This document shows, piece by piece, positions 24,072 through 27,365 of a stretch of 27,365 bases of DNA. Below the pieces are notes generated by a model, which saw only the letters and a list, made by a program, of their open reading frames with translations, searched no databases and was not told the origin of the DNA. The translations under genes and the position numbers were made by a program. Source of the stretch: a virus (taxonomy: Duplodnaviria > Caudoviricetes); the IMG/VR virus record IMGVR_UViG_3300033516_000275, positions 1 through 27,365 of that record, one strand, 5' to 3'. Within the stretch, counting starts at the first letter, position 1. Each line of letters begins with the position of its first letter.

Positions 24072-24404
24072 ATGGCGCGACAATCAGTAAATTTATTGTT
24101 TTTAAGTGCGAGTGGGGTAACTCCTACAATGGTGGCATTTAGTGCCGATGGGGTGGTAGTTCCAAATAACGGTGCGGTGATAGTTGAGTTAGATAATCAA
24201 ACGACTGTTCCCAAAGACGTAACCATCATTCACCCTGGTACAGTTGACGGTAATGAGGTAGCGGATAAGGTCGTAACCGTTCCTGCCTCAGACCGATTGG
24301 TTTTAGCGGGGTTGAGTTTGAATTACAATCAACCCAACACCAATTTCTTTTGGATGGATACAGCGTCTGCGACAGGATTATCCATCGGGGCATATTATAG
24401 TTAA
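24072..24404 (+). CDS. small beta-rich virion protein
   Basis: AAGGAG RBS; precedes tail tube gene. Confidence 0.7.
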   Translation: MARQSVNLLFLSASGVTPTMVAFSADGVVVPNNGAVIVELDNQTTVPKDVTIIHPGTVDGNEVADKVVTVPASDRLVLAGLSLNYNQPNTNFFWMDTASATGLSIGAYYS

Positions 24405-24419
24405 ATAGGGGGATTTTTT

Positions 24420-25016
24420 ATGGCGACGCAAATAAAACCGTATACAATTACACTCACTCACGGTACGTTATTTATAGCCCCTCCAGGTACAGTTTATCCA
24501 ACACCCTCTTTGCCTGTGGGTGGTTTTTGGCCTGATGGGTGGGAGAGTCCTGGAGGTACTGAGGGTGGGATTAGTGTTAAGTTAGAAAACACCTTGAAAG
24601 AAAAATTGGACGACAGAGCGATGGCGGAAGTTGGTTTTGAGATAGTCAATCAAAAGCTAACTGTTTCAACAAAGTTGAATTACTTCACTCTAAAAAATTT
24701 ACAACTCGTTTGGGGTGGGCGTTATTTAGAAGTTGACCCCGTCGTTGGAACACCGGGCTATGAATTGTTAGAAGGTGGTGGGTCTAGTGCTACTCAAGAC
24801 TTTCAATGGGGAATTGAGGCGAGTTGGAACGATAGAGGGATTCGCCGCCCTGCAAGATTGTGTTTTTTAGGAATTGCCCTAAACGGCTCAGAATTAATGT
24901 TCAAACGAGATGAACAAATCGGCATTTCTCTCGAAATAAAAGGACTGTTTGACCTAAATCAACCCGAAGGTAAACAACTGTTTCGCTTTTGGCGAAATAC
25001 TAAGGATGCGCTATGA
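24420..25016 (+). CDS. major tail (tube) protein
   Basis: GTLFIAPPGT...WESPGGTEGGIS...TLKNL; position before chaperone and tape measure. Confidence 0.85.
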   Translation: MATQIKPYTITLTHGTLFIAPPGTVYPTPSLPVGGFWPDGWESPGGTEGGISVKLENTLKEKLDDRAMAEVGFEIVNQKLTVSTKLNYFTLKNLQLVWGGRYLEVDPVVGTPGYELLEGGGSSATQDFQWGIEASWNDRGIRRPARLCFLGIALNGSELMFKRDEQIGISLEIKGLFDLNQPEGKQLFRFWRNTKDAL

Positions 25017-25402
25017 CAACTGTAACATTAGGTGGTAGAGAGTACGATATAATCGCTTTGTCTCCCAACAAAGCTGATATATGGCGGGAGAAAGTTCGTT
25101 TAACGTTAGCGAATTTTACGGGGATTACAGAGGACGAGAAAAATACTGAGAGTGAGAAACCTGACGTAACCAAAGCGGCCTCTAAAATGTTTGATGATAT
25201 TTTCAATATGGCCTGTAAAGCCCCTGAAATTATTAGAGACTTATTGTTTGAATATAGTCCTGCTGTGGCGGCGGATAAGGCTCGTTTGATGGATGAAAGT
25301 AACGACGAGGAATTAGTTGAGGGTTTCGTAGTGTGTGCGCGTAAAGCGTTCCCTTTCGGCAAGCTGTTGTCACTAGCGAGGAGTGGCTTCGCTACGACGT
25401 AG
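25013..25402 (+). CDS. tail assembly chaperone (gpG-like)
   Basis: VTLGGREY start; position; slippery site near end. Confidence 0.8.
   Translation: MTTVTLGGREYDIIALSPNKADIWREKVRLTLANFTGITEDEKNTESEKPDVTKAASKMFDDIFNMACKAPEIIRDLLFEYSPAVAADKARLMDESNDEELVEGFVVCARKAFPFGKLLSLARSGFATT
25351..25357 (+). other. -1 ribosomal frameshift heptamer C CCT TTC
   Basis: X XXY YYZ in phase with the chaperone; -1 frame open from 25345 to stop at 25632. Confidence 0.75.
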
Positions 25403-25632
25403 ATTTTTATGAGTTAGCTCTCGTGATGGGGTTATCATTTGAGCAATGGGACGCATTAAGTCGGTTAGCTCAATTAGAACTCACTCAAGCGTACCAACGT
25501 CGAAAAAAATGGGAGATGAAACAACAAGCCGTCTGTACGATTGATTTGTTGGGTCATTTACTAAGCGGCACAGCCCCTGATGAACAAACCACAGAAAATA
25601 GTGATGAAGCGTGGGAGGCTTTCGGGGTATAA
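25351..25632 (+). CDS. frameshifted extension of tail chaperone (gpT-like)
   Basis: Open -1 frame that includes ORF 25423..25632. Confidence 0.7.
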   Translation, partial: PFRQAVVTSEEWLRYDVDFYELALVMGLSFEQWDALSRLAQLELTQAYQRRKKWEMKQQAVCTIDLLGHLLSGTAPDEQTTENSDEAWEAFGV

Positions 25633-25673
25633 AAAAACCCTACCCTGTAATTATTAGGGGTAGGGTTTTTTTT
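25631..25673. terminator. bidirectional intrinsic terminator
   Basis: A7-CCCTACCC...GGGTAGGG-T-run. Confidence 0.9.
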
Positions 25674-25675
25674 AT

Positions 25676-25945
25676 TTACTGAGTGATTTTATCTTTAGCC
25701 ACTTGTGGCATAAAGTCATACTCTACTAATTTGTTTTCGTAAAGATATTTCCAACCACCGACTGCAATTCTGAACCCCGTTCTATGGGCGTTGATTCGGG
25801 CAAAACCCAACTCATTCAAAGCATCAATTTCTTTTTTGGTGGAGATTGATGTTTGATTCATTTGAATGAAATTCATCGGTTCAGTTGGGTCATAAGAGGC
25901 TAATAATTCTTGTAAAAATGAGACTAATTTTTTGGTGGTTTTCAT
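25676..25945 (-). CDS. moron-like hypothetical protein
   Basis: AAGGA RBS; own promoter and terminator; antisense within tail operon. Confidence 0.75.
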   Translation of the reverse strand: MKTTKKLVSFLQELLASYDPTEPMNFIQMNQTSISTKKEIDALNELGFARINAHRTGFRIAVGGWKYLYENKLVEYDFMPQVAKDKITQ

Positions 25946-25992
25946 AAGAGTTTCCTTGTTGAGTTAATTGATTTATTTACTTTGATGTATAC

Positions 25993-26021
25993 ATTATACC
26001 ACAATTATCATTATTTGTCAA
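25993..26021 (-). promoter_or_regulatory. sigma70 promoter
   Basis: TTGACA-17-TATAAT with TG extension. Confidence 0.88.
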
Positions 26022-26063
26022 TAGGGTAAATGATGAAAATGGTATATTTTAAGGATATTACAA

Positions 26064-27365
26064 ATGGCTATATCATTTGGTGATGCGGTTGTTTATTTAA
26101 TAGCTGATGATGAACAGTTAAAAGCGGGGTTACGAAACGCTCAGAGTTTTACGGATTCAAGTGCGGCCTCGATGGGTGGGGCGTTTAACGTGTTGATTGG
26201 TAATTTAATGACATCGGCGGTAACTACGCTCACCTCAGCCGTTACGAGTGGTATTGGGGAGATGACGGGGGCATTTACGGCGGGAATATCGGGGGCAATC
26301 GGGTTAGACGCTCAATTAGCGTCGATTGCGGCAAAGATGGGGAAAACCAAAGATGATGTAATGCCGCTTAAACAATTGATGTATGATTTAGCCCTCAACC
26401 CTAATCTTGTCGTGAACACTACTCAGGCGGCGGAAGCGATTGAAATGTTAGCGGGGAACGGGGCTAGTTTGGATTCTATCGTGAATGGGTTAGCGGCCTC
26501 AACAGTGGCACTTGCTAACGCCACAGGGAATAACTTTGGATTAGCGGCGGAAGTAGCAACGAGTTCGATGGATTTATTCAAGTTAGGGGCAAAGGATTTA
26601 GAATTAGCGTTTGACGGTATTGTCGGAGTAACAACAGCCACTAAATTCAGTCTAAACGATTACAAATTGGCACTATCGGCGGCGGGTGGTGTGGTTTCTC
26701 AGATGGGGATGGAATTAGGTGATTTTAACACCATTATTGCGGGAACAGCGACAGCGTTTGCATCGGGGTCTGATGCAGGGACTTCACTCAAGACAGTAAT
26801 GCAACGAATGGGTGAACCCACGAAAGAAATGAAGTCGTTAATGACGCAATATGGCATTAGTATTTATAATGCGGCGGGTGAATTGCGTCCAATGAGTGAA
26901 GTTGTTGGACAACTTAACGGGGTAATGAACGGACAGATAACGACGACGAGTTCAGTCACTACTGCGACAACGGCGGCGGGGGAAAGTTTCACCTTAACGG
27001 CGGCAAAACAAAAGGAATTGACCAAAGCACACGACGAGGCCACTCAAAAAATGCCTGCCCTTCAAAATACGATTACGCACTTAAACGAAACAATCGGTAT
27101 CAGCCAAACTAATTTAGATTTAATGACGGCGGCGGGGCGGGGGGCATTAGGTGGCGACCCTCAATGGAGAACTTTAGCAGAATCTATTCGTTATAATAAA
27201 GAGAAACTTGCCGAAGCTACTGAGAAAATGCAAGGCTATCAAGTGGCGGCGGAGGGGAGTTATGACTCAAACACTAAAACCACCACCTCAGTCCGTGTCC
27301 TCACCGAAGCCGAAAAAGCCCATATAGTCACTATTTTGGGCGGGGCTGATGGGGCAAGAATGTTA
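26064..27365 (+). CDS. tail tape measure protein, TP901-family core (3' partial)
   Basis: AAGGA RBS; MAISFGDAVVYLIADD...TQAAEAIEMLAGNG...GSDAGTSLKT...GELRPMSEV; runs off window. Confidence 0.93.
   Translation, partial: MAISFGDAVVYLIADDEQLKAGLRNAQSFTDSSAASMGGAFNVLIGNLMTSAVTTLTSAVTSGIGEMTGAFTAGISGAIGLDAQLASIAAKMGKTKDDVMPLKQLMYDLALNPNLVVNTTQAAEAIEMLAGNGASLDSIVNGLAASTVALANATGNNFGLAAEVATSSMDLFKLGAKDLELAFDGIVGVTTATKFSLNDYKLALSAAGGVVSQMGMELGDFNTIIAGTATAFASGSDAGTSLKTVMQRMGEPTKEMKSLMTQYGISIYNAAGELRPMSEVVGQLNGVMNGQITTTSSVTTATTAAGESFTLTAAKQKELTKAHDEATQKMPALQNTITHLNETIGISQTNLDLMTAAGRGALGGDPQWRTLAESIRYNKEKLAEATEKMQGYQVAAEGSYDSNTKTTTSVRVLTEAEKAHIVTILGGADGARML

Noticed and set aside
1532-26641. Antisense or nested ORFs (1532, 4890, 4985, 7575, 10584, 12025, 15860, 16258, 16948, 17287, 18064, 18772, 19763, 21149, 21442, 22753, 25000, 26423)
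   Set aside because: Shadow frames of well-supported genes, without RBS or recognisable motifs
1-27365. Stop-codon reassignment
   Set aside because: Conserved genes read intact under the standard code, and TAA, TAG and TGA all end genes at sensible positions

Overview
Segment of a tailed (siphovirus-like) bacteriophage genome. The right half is a recognisable morphogenesis module: portal, a protease-scaffold-major capsid fusion, head-tail connectors, tail tube, a tail chaperone with a -1 frameshift site, and a partial tape measure gene. The terminase pair sits about 5 kb upstream of the portal. The left and middle carry accessory genes (dCTP deaminase, thermonuclease, two ParB-N proteins, GNAT, ASCH, DUF262, LPD29, HTH proteins), many behind near-consensus sigma70 promoters. 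The most striking content is non-coding. (i) A ~1.3-kb minus-strand cassette (3555->2250), bounded by a promoter and a terminator, is built from repeated structured RNA modules: T-arm hairpins, two covarying pseudoknots, four GCGGCA-loop hairpins, a tRNA-like element and two ~250-nt units with bulged-G hairpins. (ii) A tRNA cluster has Ser, Tyr and a short-arm Leu tRNA interleaved with two internally duplicated RNAs closed by perfect 11-bp helices; one of these is a fused pair of tRNA bodies whose anticodon loops are replaced by GNRA tetraloops. (iii) There is a ~173-nt miniature tmRNA-like gene and another anticodon-less tRNA-like gene. A 9-mer (TCACTCAAG) is strongly over-represented throughout. 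All structure calls were made by eye; no searches or folding programs were run.
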